Shown here piece after piece: positions 25,843 through 34,347 of a stretch of 46,044 nt of DNA. Made by a program: the position numbers and the translations under genes. The stretch is from assembly GCA_002839535.1 (NCBI GenBank), contig PGYF01000001.1, forward strand, positions 2,352 through 48,395, written 5' to 3'. The stretch comes from Nitrospira bacterium HGW-Nitrospira-1 (GTDB lineage Bacteria; Nitrospirota; Thermodesulfovibrionia; Thermodesulfovibrionales; UBA6898). Below the pieces are notes generated by a model, which was given only the letters and a program-made list of their open reading frames with translations, had not been told where the DNA came from and searched no databases. Within the stretch, counting starts at the first letter, position 1, and each line of letters starts with the position of its first letter.

Positions 25843-27139
25843 TTTTCTCTCTCCTGTCTATTAATCTGACTAATTTCCGCGAATTCCCCGAATACACCTG
25901 TGCCCTCACCTGCTCCTCGCTTGCGATGACCACCTCAGGACAGACCCGCAAACGGGCCTGGAGTTCAGTTGCGATACTCTCTGCTGAACAGGCGCTGTTA
26001 CCGACCGATACACATATCCTTATCTGATCGGAAAGATCGTAATCACTGGACAGCGTGATGTAATATTCACTGATGCCGGGGATCTCAGCCAGCACAGAGT
26101 AAATGGCCTGCGGATAGAGGGTTGTGCCCCGGTATTTGATCATCTGTTTTTTTCTTCCGATAATAGGCCCAAGCCGGGGAGAAAAACGGCCGCAGCTGCA
26201 AGGCTCATCAATAAGGAAACTCACATCGCCGGTCTTGAACCTCAGCAGAGGCATGCCCTCTATGGAGAGCGGCGTCACCACAACCTCTCCTGTTTTTCCG
26301 CAGGGCAGGACCTTGCCCATATCATCAACGATCTCAACGACAGCAAGGTCAGGATGGAGATGCCCACCGGCCTGCATTTCACATTCACAAAAAGACGTGA
26401 TGGTTTCGGAAGAGGCATAGGTCGAGAAAACCTTAGCTCCCCATATGTCCTCGAGGTGCGCGCCCATTTTCAGAAGAGACATATCTTTGTCCCTTATTGG
26501 TTCGCCGATACAAATCAATTTCGATACGCCGATTCCCCGTGGCTCAATACCTTTTGAAACAAGATACTGCCCGAGTTTAAGTAAAAAAGAAGGGACCCCG
26601 ACGATGACAGTGGGGTTGACCCTCAGCATGGTCTCAAGATGGCTCGCAACACTGTTGAGGCCGTTTCTCACAGCAGCCGCGCCCAGGTTTCTCGTCCCCA
26701 GAAAATAGGCCAGGCCGGCGATAAAACACCGGTCGAGGGTGCAGGTAAGAAGTGCTATATCCTCTGCCGAAATACCGCAGCCCGCCAGAGAGATTTCCTC
26801 ATTGTAGGCGAGTCTTTTGAGGTCGTTTTCCGTATACATAATCCTGGTAGGTGCGCCGGTAGTCCCGGAGGAAAAAACAATATCAACTATTTTCGAAAAA
26901 GGGACTGCAAGAAAATCATCGCAACATTTTTCAAAGTGCGCTTTTTCGGTAAACGGCAGTTCGTACAGGTGGTCAAGCCCGGTATTATCTATGTCAATGC
27001 CGCTCAGCGTCCTTCTGTAATATGGGGAATTACTGACGAGGCAGCGCAGATGGTCACTAAAAAGTTTTTCCTGGGCGTCCTTGATCTCCTCCGTGCCTGA
27101 AAATTCCAGCCCCCTGTATAAAGGAGAGAATTTCTTCAT
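25829..27139 (-). CDS. Phenylacetate-CoA ligase (PaaK)/F390-synthetase-like adenylate-forming enzyme
   Basis: 436 aa. The FSSGTTGAPTRIMYTENDL motif and overall PaaK-like length. Confidence 0.8.
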   Translation of the reverse strand: MKKFSPLYRGLEFSGTEEIKDAQEKLFSDHLRCLVSNSPYYRRTLSGIDIDNTGLDHLYELPFTEKAHFEKCCDDFLAVPFSKIVDIVFSSGTTGAPTRIMYTENDLKRLAYNEEISLAGCGISAEDIALLTCTLDRCFIAGLAYFLGTRNLGAAAVRNGLNSVASHLETMLRVNPTVIVGVPSFLLKLGQYLVSKGIEPRGIGVSKLICIGEPIRDKDMSLLKMGAHLEDIWGAKVFSTYASSETITSFCECEMQAGGHLHPDLAVVEIVDDMGKVLPCGKTGEVVVTPLSIEGMPLLRFKTGDVSFLIDEPCSCGRFSPRLGPIIGRKKQMIKYRGTTLYPQAIYSVLAEIPGISEYYITLSSDYDLSDQIRICVSVGNSACSAESIATELQARLRVCPEVVIASEEQVRAQVYSGNSRKLVRLIDRREKNGEL

Positions 27140-27885
27140 GCCCTGTTCTCCATCAAAGACAACTCGCTTTCTATTATTGACCTCACCCTGTTCTTAAGCG
27201 CAAACACACTGAAATGCCTGTATTCTTCCCAGCGTATCGCAGGCAACCTGCGCACCCTGATTGTGCCTGACCGCAAAAGAAAAGACCCCTTCGGCGGAAT
27301 ATTCTCATTTCCCACAATGCAAATAGGCGCTATGGGCGCCTTTGATCCGAGGGCCAGACGGAAGGCGGCGCCGTGAAATGGGCCCATCTCCCTGCTTCCC
27401 GAACGTGTCCCCTCAGGGAAAAAAATTATCGAAACGCCCTCGGCAAGCAGGGACTCGGCCCTCTCATTAAAAAGTTCAGGCGTCATCTTTTTGATGTTCA
27501 GGTATCCCGCCATCTTCGCAAAACGGCCGATGACCGGAATATAAAAAGGCCAGGTATTGACCACCTGAACCGCCTCATGGGGAAGCACGCACATAAGAAA
27601 GGCATCGGAGGCAGCCCTGTGATTAGAGACAAAGATACAGCCCCCGTCAGCGCCTCCACCGGAACAATCCTCGTAGCGGAGTCTGATAAATGGAAAAGGA
27701 ACAGAGGTCATAACCCTGCCGTACCAGCTGATGCAACGCCGGAACCTCTTCATGACACGGCGGTTTTGCAGGAAGAGGGACAAAAAAACTACATAGAGAA
27801 AAAGCAAAGGGATAACGATCGCAGAAGATATGAGAAATAACACATAGAAATACGCGTTCATTATGATGAGCTTCATCCGACCCAT
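27136..27885 (-). CDS. 1-acyl-sn-glycerol-3-phosphate (PlsC-type) acyltransferase
   Basis: N-terminal TM helix, NHRAASD (HX4D) and FPEGTRS motifs. Confidence 0.8.
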   Translation of the reverse strand: MGRMKLIIMNAYFYVLFLISSAIVIPLLFLYVVFLSLFLQNRRVMKRFRRCISWYGRVMTSVPFPFIRLRYEDCSGGGADGGCIFVSNHRAASDAFLMCVLPHEAVQVVNTWPFYIPVIGRFAKMAGYLNIKKMTPELFNERAESLLAEGVSIIFFPEGTRSGSREMGPFHGAAFRLALGSKAPIAPICIVGNENIPPKGSFLLRSGTIRVRRLPAIRWEEYRHFSVFALKNRVRSIIESELSLMENRA

Positions 27886-27888
27886 CCG

Positions 27889-28155
27889 TCAGGAAGCCTT
27901 CCCGCCACCGGCATTTTTTATCGTGGAAATAAACTGATACACGTCCTGCAGTGTGCGTATGTCCCGGATTTTCTCCTCGTTCCTGATATTCACTCCAAAG
28001 CTCTTCTGGAGCGCAACGACCAGATCCACTATATCAAGGCTGTCCAGTCCCAGGTCGTTAAAGATATGCGCGCCCGGCTGCAATCTTTCCTTTTCTATCT
28101 CAAAGGACTCCTCAAACACCTTATTGGTCTTCTCTATAATCTCCTCTTCAGTCAT
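27889..28155 (-). CDS. Acyl carrier protein (ACP-3)
   Basis: 88 aa, LGLDSLDIVDLVV motif. Confidence 0.85.
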   Translation of the reverse strand: MTEEEIIEKTNKVFEESFEIEKERLQPGAHIFNDLGLDSLDIVDLVVALQKSFGVNIRNEEKIRDIRTLQDVYQFISTIKNAGGGKAS

Positions 28156-28177
28156 TCTTTCACCTCATTGATTAATT

Positions 28178-29404
28178 TCATACCTTCCTGCAGACCAGCG
28201 CCGCATTTATGCCGCCGAAGGCAAAACAGTTTTTCAATATCACCTCTATGTTTTTTGTGACCAAAGCAGTGACATGATTTATTCCAGCGCAGTCAGGGCT
28301 TATGTTTTCAAGATTCAGCGTCGGATAAATAACGCCTCTTTGCATCATGCGCAACGAGGCGATAAGCTCTATCGCGCCCGAGGCCCCAAGTGTATGACCG
28401 ATATAGCCCTTGAGACTGCTGACAGGGACAGAAGCGCCGAAGACCTCTTTGATGGCCTCAGCCTCCTCCTTGTCTCCCTGCAGGGTCGCTGTTGCGTGCG
28501 CATTTATGTAGTCGATCTCTCCGGGGACAATGCCGGCGTCGCGCAACGCCTGTTTCATGCATCGTACCATAGACTCCCTGTTGGATTGACTGACGTGCGA
28601 ACCGTTTCCATTGGTATTATAACCCGTAATCTCCGCGTAAATCCTGGCATTCCTTTTGATCGCCCGTTCGTATTTTTCTAAAACAACAACGCCGCTCCCC
28701 TCACCGCAGACAAGACCGTCCCGGTCCCGGTCAAAAGGCCTCGGCGTCTTTGAGGGGGCATGATTAAAGCCTGCTGAAGTGGCCATAAGCACATCGAAAG
28801 ACCCTGTGACAGTCGGATGCACCTCTTCAGAGCCTCCGCAGAGCATGACGTCCTGTCTCCCTAACCTCACAAGGTCATATCCTGCGCCGATCGCCTGAAG
28901 AGACGAAGCGCAGGCAGCAGAGGTGGCCATGATATATCCTGTCAGTTCAAGGTACTGTGCAACATTCGCTGCCGCAGTGTGGGACATGCACTGAAAAAAC
29001 ATCGAGGAATTGAGTTGGCTGATGTCCTTATGAGGCAGCATGATTTCAAAGGCGTCGTTGATACTCTTTGCGCTGCCCATGGTAGAGCCGATTGCACACC
29101 CCATTTTCATCTGTGGGACCATAGCAGGGTCTATGCCCGCATCAACGAGCGCCTGCTCGGCGGCCTGGGCTGAAAAAATGCTCATACGCCCCATGAAACG
29201 CCTTTTCTGGCGGGGAATTGCCCGTTCGTCTTTTATCTCTGCAGTTGCTGCGACATGGCTCCTGAGACCGATATATTGGTCCCAGCCTTCCATGAAGCGC
29301 ACCGCGCTCCTCCCCTGCTCAATCCCTGCCATGAGAGCTTCCACATCACAGCCGAAAGGGGAGACCGCGCCTGCTCCTGTAATGACAACCCTGTTTGATT
29401 TCAT
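28178..29404 (-). CDS. Beta-ketoacyl-ACP synthase (KS, ApeR/FabB-F-like)
   Basis: 408 aa. Motifs TSAACASSLQAIG, NAHATAT and GHTLGASG. Confidence 0.9.
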   Translation of the reverse strand: MKSNRVVITGAGAVSPFGCDVEALMAGIEQGRSAVRFMEGWDQYIGLRSHVAATAEIKDERAIPRQKRRFMGRMSIFSAQAAEQALVDAGIDPAMVPQMKMGCAIGSTMGSAKSINDAFEIMLPHKDISQLNSSMFFQCMSHTAAANVAQYLELTGYIMATSAACASSLQAIGAGYDLVRLGRQDVMLCGGSEEVHPTVTGSFDVLMATSAGFNHAPSKTPRPFDRDRDGLVCGEGSGVVVLEKYERAIKRNARIYAEITGYNTNGNGSHVSQSNRESMVRCMKQALRDAGIVPGEIDYINAHATATLQGDKEEAEAIKEVFGASVPVSSLKGYIGHTLGASGAIELIASLRMMQRGVIYPTLNLENISPDCAGINHVTALVTKNIEVILKNCFAFGGINAALVCRKV

Positions 29405-30897
29405 AGATGACGGCCCACAAAGCCTGCGTATTTTTCTTCTTTAATAATAGACCTGCCCACAAAAAAGGACGACATCATCGCGCCTATTATTCCCGGCAGG
29501 AGAGAACTTTGGCCGGCCGCAAATACGTTTCGCAGGGGAAGTTTCCCAAACAGATTATACTGCCCGACCTTCTGTTTTATGCCGTATGCAGACCCGTCGG
29601 GACTGTGCAGATAATCCCTGAAGGTAAGTACTGAGGCCGCATCAACAACCCTGAGACAGTCTCTGTATTTTGGCAGGACACTGAATATACGTTCCCTGAT
29701 GCTCTCAATCCTCTGAAGTTTATAATCCAGATAGGCCTGCGGTCTCAGACCTCTCCTGGTGTCTTTCCATACTTCAACGTGTTCAAAAAAAGAGGTTTCG
29801 AGGATATTGATAATGTGTTTCCTCGTCCCGTTTACTTCCTCTACAGACCTGAGAAGCACCAAGGCGCCCAGCCCCTCGTATCCGGGATCAAGGATCTGGT
29901 TTATGTCAGTGTGCGGGAAAATAGAGACAATCGAATTATCTATTCCCTCATCGCCGCAGCCGGGATCCAGGGTTGCGAACAAGGCAAAAAATCCGGTAGA
30001 AGCCTCGAAAGAAGAGACACGGCTGATAAAGGCCTTGCTCAATACCCCCTCAGGGATGAGTTTCAAAATCTCTTTTGGGTGGATCGTAAAGACGCAATTT
30101 TCGCACTCAATCTCTTCCCCTGTGTTCAGTATGAACCTGCCCACGCGGTTGTCCCTGATATCAGCCATTTCCGCAATAGTGGTCCCGCAGGAGACCTCTA
30201 TGTCAAAGTCCTGAAACCGTTTTTGAAACGCCTCTATAAGCGCATTGCCGCCGCCATGAATGCGCGCAACAGACTCATAAAGACCGAGGCAGATCCTGCT
30301 GTGATTGGCGAAGGTGATCTCCTGTGGTTTGACTCCGTAGCACATGGCAAAGCCGGACAGCAGGGCCTTCAAAACTTTATTGCCTGTCAGACCATTTAAC
30401 ACTTCATCCAGGGTCATAAAATCTTCATCTATGTGGCCCTGATTCATTGCCGGATTGCGAAGGTTCATCGAAGGAGTTTGCGCACACACCTGAATTACTT
30501 TGTCGAAATATTTGTCTATAGCAGCCGCCTCGGACGGGAAATAACCCTTTAACCTTTCCCGCAACCCTGGAAAGCCGTAGGGAATTTTATACAGCCTGTT
30601 TTCGGATTCCAGAAAAAAAGAGTTGGCGTTGTCCTCAGGAAGAAAAACCGGCTCAATGGAATCATAGATCCCCAGCGCGGACAGCATCTCATAAAGCAAC
30701 CCGCCCTTTTGCAGCCCGCCGGTAAAGTGAAAACCAGTATCAAAGGGAACGCCGTCTCTCGTAAAAACTGAAAGAGACCCTCCGATGCGGTGGTTTTTTT
30801 CGAGCAATAAAACTCTGCGGCCGTTCATCGCAAGGAAAAGGGTCATGGCAAGTCCGCTTACGCCGCTTCCGACAACTACATCGTCATATTTCTTCAT
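29401..30897 (-). CDS. Phytoene desaturase (CrtI)-like NAD(P)/FAD-dependent oxidoreductase
   Basis: 498 aa. YDDVVVGSGVSGLAMTLFLAMNGRRVLLLEKNHRIGG dinucleotide fold, and a length typical of the amine-oxidase/CrtI family. Confidence 0.75.
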   Translation of the reverse strand: MKKYDDVVVGSGVSGLAMTLFLAMNGRRVLLLEKNHRIGGSLSVFTRDGVPFDTGFHFTGGLQKGGLLYEMLSALGIYDSIEPVFLPEDNANSFFLESENRLYKIPYGFPGLRERLKGYFPSEAAAIDKYFDKVIQVCAQTPSMNLRNPAMNQGHIDEDFMTLDEVLNGLTGNKVLKALLSGFAMCYGVKPQEITFANHSRICLGLYESVARIHGGGNALIEAFQKRFQDFDIEVSCGTTIAEMADIRDNRVGRFILNTGEEIECENCVFTIHPKEILKLIPEGVLSKAFISRVSSFEASTGFFALFATLDPGCGDEGIDNSIVSIFPHTDINQILDPGYEGLGALVLLRSVEEVNGTRKHIINILETSFFEHVEVWKDTRRGLRPQAYLDYKLQRIESIRERIFSVLPKYRDCLRVVDAASVLTFRDYLHSPDGSAYGIKQKVGQYNLFGKLPLRNVFAAGQSSLLPGIIGAMMSSFFVGRSIIKEEKYAGFVGRHL

Positions 30898-30953
30898 TCC
30901 ACTTAATAACCGGAAGGGGCCGCAGACAATGGACCGGAAAGGTCCAAAACAAC

Positions 30954-31688
30954 CTACATTGACAGGCCTCCGTTGACAGCTATAACCTCCCCGTGAATAT
31001 ACATATTTTTTTCAGCACACAAAAAATTGACCACAGCTGCAACATCTTCCGTATTGCCCAGCCTGCCAAGGGGAATGAGGGGTAGTACCCGTTCCCCTGG
31101 AATGCCTTCCGTCATTTCAGTCTCGATAAACCCCGGGGCAACAACGTTTACCGCAATGTTCCTTTTACCCACCTCGCGCGCCAAGGCCTTGGCCGCCCCT
31201 ATCAAACCCGCCTTTGAAGCGGAATAATTGACCTGGCCCGCCTGTCCGATCTGTCCCGAGGTCGAAGATACAACAACAATACGCCCCTCTTTGGCCCTTA
31301 ACATCGAAAACAGGACCGTACGGGTTACATTAAAAAAACCGTCCAGATTAGTGGAAAGGACGGAATCCCATTCCTCTTTTGTCATCCACATCAAAAGATT
31401 ATCTTTTCTGATTCCGGCGTTATAAACAAGTGCGTAAGGCGCCGATTCTTCGGTCAGTTTTCCCAGCGCCGCTACGGTTTCCTCATAATTTGAGATATCG
31501 AAACAGAGCAGTTTGCACATCATCCCCTTTTTTTCTATATCAGCCTTTACGGACTCAGCGGCAGGGTGATTGCTCTTGTAAGTCAGCCATATATCAAAGC
31601 CGGAATCAGCCAGCCGTAAAGCAACTGCACGCCCGATACCACGACTTCCCCCGATTATCAATGCGATTTTTTTTGTCTGATTTTCCAT
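30954..31688 (-). CDS. fabG: 3-oxoacyl-ACP reductase (SDR, ApeQ/FabG-like); first gene of the operon
   Basis: 244 aa. GGSRGIGRAVA cofactor motif, YSASKAG catalytic motif and the SDR length. Confidence 0.9.
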   Translation of the reverse strand: MENQTKKIALIIGGSRGIGRAVALRLADSGFDIWLTYKSNHPAAESVKADIEKKGMMCKLLCFDISNYEETVAALGKLTEESAPYALVYNAGIRKDNLLMWMTKEEWDSVLSTNLDGFFNVTRTVLFSMLRAKEGRIVVVSSTSGQIGQAGQVNYSASKAGLIGAAKALAREVGKRNIAVNVVAPGFIETEMTEGIPGERVLPLIPLGRLGNTEDVAAVVNFLCAEKNMYIHGEVIAVNGGLSM

Positions 31689-31711
31689 AGAATACCCCGT
31701 AATGGTTGAAT

Positions 31712-31741
31712 ATTATAGAAACCCCCCTCTACATTTATCAA
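31712..31741 (-). promoter_or_regulatory. Sigma70-like promoter candidate for the 29-kb lipid operon
   Basis: The minus strand reads TTGATA (31741-31736), 18-nt spacer, TATAAT (31717-31712), about 24 nt upstream of the fabG-like ATG (31688). Confidence 0.4.
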
Positions 31742-31819
31742 GCTTTAAACATAATTGGGTCTATATTAGGCAGGCTCTGTCATGTTCTTCGTGTCTGTTA
31801 GAATACATCCTGAAATTGG

Positions 31820-31861
31820 AAATAAACCTCCCCGTTATCTCTGTGGCAAGGAGGTTTATTT
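31820..31861 (-). terminator. Hairpin at the nadA stop (possible intrinsic terminator)
   Basis: 12-bp stem aaataaacctcc (31820-31831) / ggaggtttattt (31850-31861) with an 18-nt loop. On the minus strand the 3' arm ends in UUUAUUU followed by CCAAUUU. The loop is large, so this is a moderate call only. Confidence 0.35.
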
Positions 31862-32842
31862 TATCTCGAGCATTCTATCCAATGCCCTTTTTGCCGGCGC
31901 TCCGATCTCTTCAGGGACTTTGACAATATAGGTATTTTCCTGAAATGCCCTGAGTATGCTCTTCAGCGTTGTCTTCTTCATATTCGGACAGATCATATCT
32001 TTTCTGAGCGGGTAGAAAACTTTTCCGGGATTCTCCTGGCGAAGCCTGTGCATAAGTCCGATCTCGGTGCCGACAATAAACTCTGTTGCATCAGATGCAT
32101 GCGCATATCGGAGCATGCCGGAGGTGCTCGTTACATGATCAGCCATTTCAAGCGCTTCAAGCCTGCATTCCGGGTGCGCCAGAACAAGCGCGCGGGGATG
32201 CTCTGCCCTCGCCTTTTTAACATCTTCCGTCGTTACCCTCTCATGAACATGACAGAAACCGTCCCATGCAATTACCTTTTTTTTTGTATTCTTTGCCGCC
32301 CACAAAGAGAGATTTTTATCGGGTATGCAGATTACTTCATCACCAGGGAGAGATTCTATGACCTTTACAACATTGGCGGATGTGCAGCAGATATCGCTTT
32401 CAGCCTTCACCTCTGCTGTTGTGTTGACATATGCCACAACAGGCGCTCCCGGATACTGCTTTTTAATATCTCTCAAGGTAAATTCGGGCGGGAACACATA
32501 TGCAGGCGGATTATCAAACCCCGGCCGGCTCTTTATAGCCGGTCTCGGGGAATCAACATGTATCATGTCGGCCATTGGGCATAAAGCGTCCGCTTCAGGC
32601 AACAGGACTATTTTATCAGGGGAAAGGATCGAAGCGCTCTCGGCCATAAAATGCACGCCGCAGAAGATGATCATTTCACATTCTTTGGCGGCAGCTATCC
32701 TCGAAAGCTCCAGGGAATCACCGACAAAGTCGGCAATATCCTGCACTTCATCCCTTTGATAATTATGGGAAAGGATAATCGCGTGTTTCTGTTCCTTGAA
32801 CTCCAGAATCTGTTTCCGAAGAGAGGCTGTATCAGAAGACAT
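31856..32842 (-). CDS. nadA: Quinolinate synthase
   Basis: 328 aa. ILSHNYQ...VQDIADFVGDSLELS and CGVHFMAES motifs typical of NadA. Confidence 0.9.
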   Translation of the reverse strand: MSSDTASLRKQILEFKEQKHAIILSHNYQRDEVQDIADFVGDSLELSRIAAAKECEMIIFCGVHFMAESASILSPDKIVLLPEADALCPMADMIHVDSPRPAIKSRPGFDNPPAYVFPPEFTLRDIKKQYPGAPVVAYVNTTAEVKAESDICCTSANVVKVIESLPGDEVICIPDKNLSLWAAKNTKKKVIAWDGFCHVHERVTTEDVKKARAEHPRALVLAHPECRLEALEMADHVTSTSGMLRYAHASDATEFIVGTEIGLMHRLRQENPGKVFYPLRKDMICPNMKKTTLKSILRAFQENTYIVKVPEEIGAPAKRALDRMLEIK

Positions 32843-33535
32843 CTATAATCTTATCTTGCCTTTTCTTTCAAGCGTTGAATTCGTAAAAAGGATTGTGCCG
32901 TCTTCCAAAACAACCTTATAGATTGCTGCGGGCCTGCCCTGAGAATTTGCCGAGGGACCGGAAACAGGGTAACTCCTTTTGCCGTTATATAAAGAGAACA
33001 CCTTGTTGACATACTGTCTTGTCTCTGTAATAGGGGGAACGTTTCCATATCTTTCAACGGTCTTTGGCCCTGAATTATAAGCTGCAATCGCAAGGGTCAG
33101 ATTCCCGTTAAACTTCTCGATAAGATACCTCAGATATCTTGTTCCGCCTTCTATGTTCTCCTCAGGATTAAAGGGATTTCCGACATTCATATCATTCGCA
33201 GTTGAAGGCATAAGCTGCATGAGTCCCATAGCGCCTTTTTTTGATATCGCCCTGTGGTTGCCGTCTGATTCAGTCCTGATAACGGCATGTATCAGTTCCG
33301 GCTCGATCTCATATTTTTGTGCGGCCTTCTGAATGTAATAACTATAGTCAGTCTGAAAAACCAGGGGGTCTTTTTCGATTTTAGTTTTTTGCGCCAGGAC
33401 TTTTTGTGTCTTTTTTCCGAAAGGCGCATCCGTGTAGCAGACAACACCGTTTTCATCTACATATTTATAAATATCCGCGGAAACAGCCTCAGCAATAAAA
33501 AGCAACAAAAATAGAACTACCGACTTTCTCAGCAT
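32843..33535 (-). CDS. Lytic transglycosylase (SLT domain) with N-terminal DUF4124-like segment
   Basis: Signal peptide, DIYKYVDENGVVCYTD, then TESDGNHRAISKKGAMGLMQLMPSTA (SLT catalytic Glu motif). Confidence 0.85.
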   Translation of the reverse strand: MLRKSVVLFLLLFIAEAVSADIYKYVDENGVVCYTDAPFGKKTQKVLAQKTKIEKDPLVFQTDYSYYIQKAAQKYEIEPELIHAVIRTESDGNHRAISKKGAMGLMQLMPSTANDMNVGNPFNPEENIEGGTRYLRYLIEKFNGNLTLAIAAYNSGPKTVERYGNVPPITETRQYVNKVFSLYNGKRSYPVSGPSANSQGRPAAIYKVVLEDGTILFTNSTLERKGKIRL

Positions 33536-33628
33536 ATGAAAATCTTAACATTAAACCTGTTGAGTGTCAATATTGGGCTGGTTGAAAAAGCTGAGAATTT
33601 TCCTCATCCACACATAAAGGGGAGGAAA

Positions 33629-34267
33629 TCAAACCCTTCTCTCATTAGGGTCAAAGATGTATTTATGGATCTGTATATTCAGCCTGACACGCAGCCTGTC
33701 TTCAATAATCCACGCAGCAAGGTCTCTGGGGCGCAGCATTCCGAAAGCCGGAGAAAACAATACCTTACACCTTTCTTCAAGCCCATATCGCGAGACGATC
33801 TCTTTTGACCATTCATAGTCATCCCTGCTGCATATCACAAATTTCACTTCATCAGTATTTTTTATCATCTCCAGGTTTGTGAGATCCATTTTATCGCTCA
33901 TGCCGCTGCCTGGAGTCTTCATGTCAAGGATAATTGTCGCACGTTTATCGAGTTCTCCTATATTCATTGATCCGTTCGTTTCAACCAGCGCCTCATAGCC
34001 TCTGTCCAACAATTCTCTCATCAGGGAAATAGTTTCCTGTCCCTGGAGCAAGGGTTCGCCGCCGGTAATTTCCACCAGCCGCACTCCTGCTGAGGAAACC
34101 TGGGCCGCAATATCTCCAACCTCCATCTCAACGCCCTCGTCATAAGAGTATTTTGTGTCGCAGTATACACACCTGAGGTTGCACCCGCTGAGTCTTATAA
34201 AGGTGCAGGGCAGACCTGCAAAGGTAGACTCTCCCTGAATACCGGTAAATATTTCACAGACTTTCAT
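33629..34267 (-). CDS. queE: 7-carboxy-7-deazaguanine synthase
   Basis: 212 aa. EIFTGIQGESTFAGLPCTFIRLSGCNLRCVYCDT is the QueE N-terminal signature. Confidence 0.9.
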   Translation of the reverse strand: MKVCEIFTGIQGESTFAGLPCTFIRLSGCNLRCVYCDTKYSYDEGVEMEVGDIAAQVSSAGVRLVEITGGEPLLQGQETISLMRELLDRGYEALVETNGSMNIGELDKRATIILDMKTPGSGMSDKMDLTNLEMIKNTDEVKFVICSRDDYEWSKEIVSRYGLEERCKVLFSPAFGMLRPRDLAAWIIEDRLRVRLNIQIHKYIFDPNERRV

Positions 34268-34347
34268 TTAACGATTCTCTTCCACAGAAAGACAGCAGCA
34301 AGTCTTTCTGAAACGCTGAATTGCCGGCGCTAATGTTTGTCTTCACG

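Noticed and set aside
31689-31855. Possible cobalamin riboswitch upstream of the B12-radical-SAM-rich operon (the minus strand contains GCCACAG, close to the B12-box end GCCACTG)
   Set aside because: This is a single 6/7 match lying inside the nadA terminator-like hairpin loop. The rest of the ~200-nt conserved core is absent, and the putative promoter lies downstream of it.
34285-34310. 9-bp hairpin cagaaagac / gtctttctg between the EamA gene and queE (considered as a terminator or preQ1 riboswitch)
   Set aside because: No U-tract follows on the transcribed (minus) strand, and the sequence does not match the small preQ1-I/II consensus as I remember it. It may be a processing or stability element, but this is unsupported.
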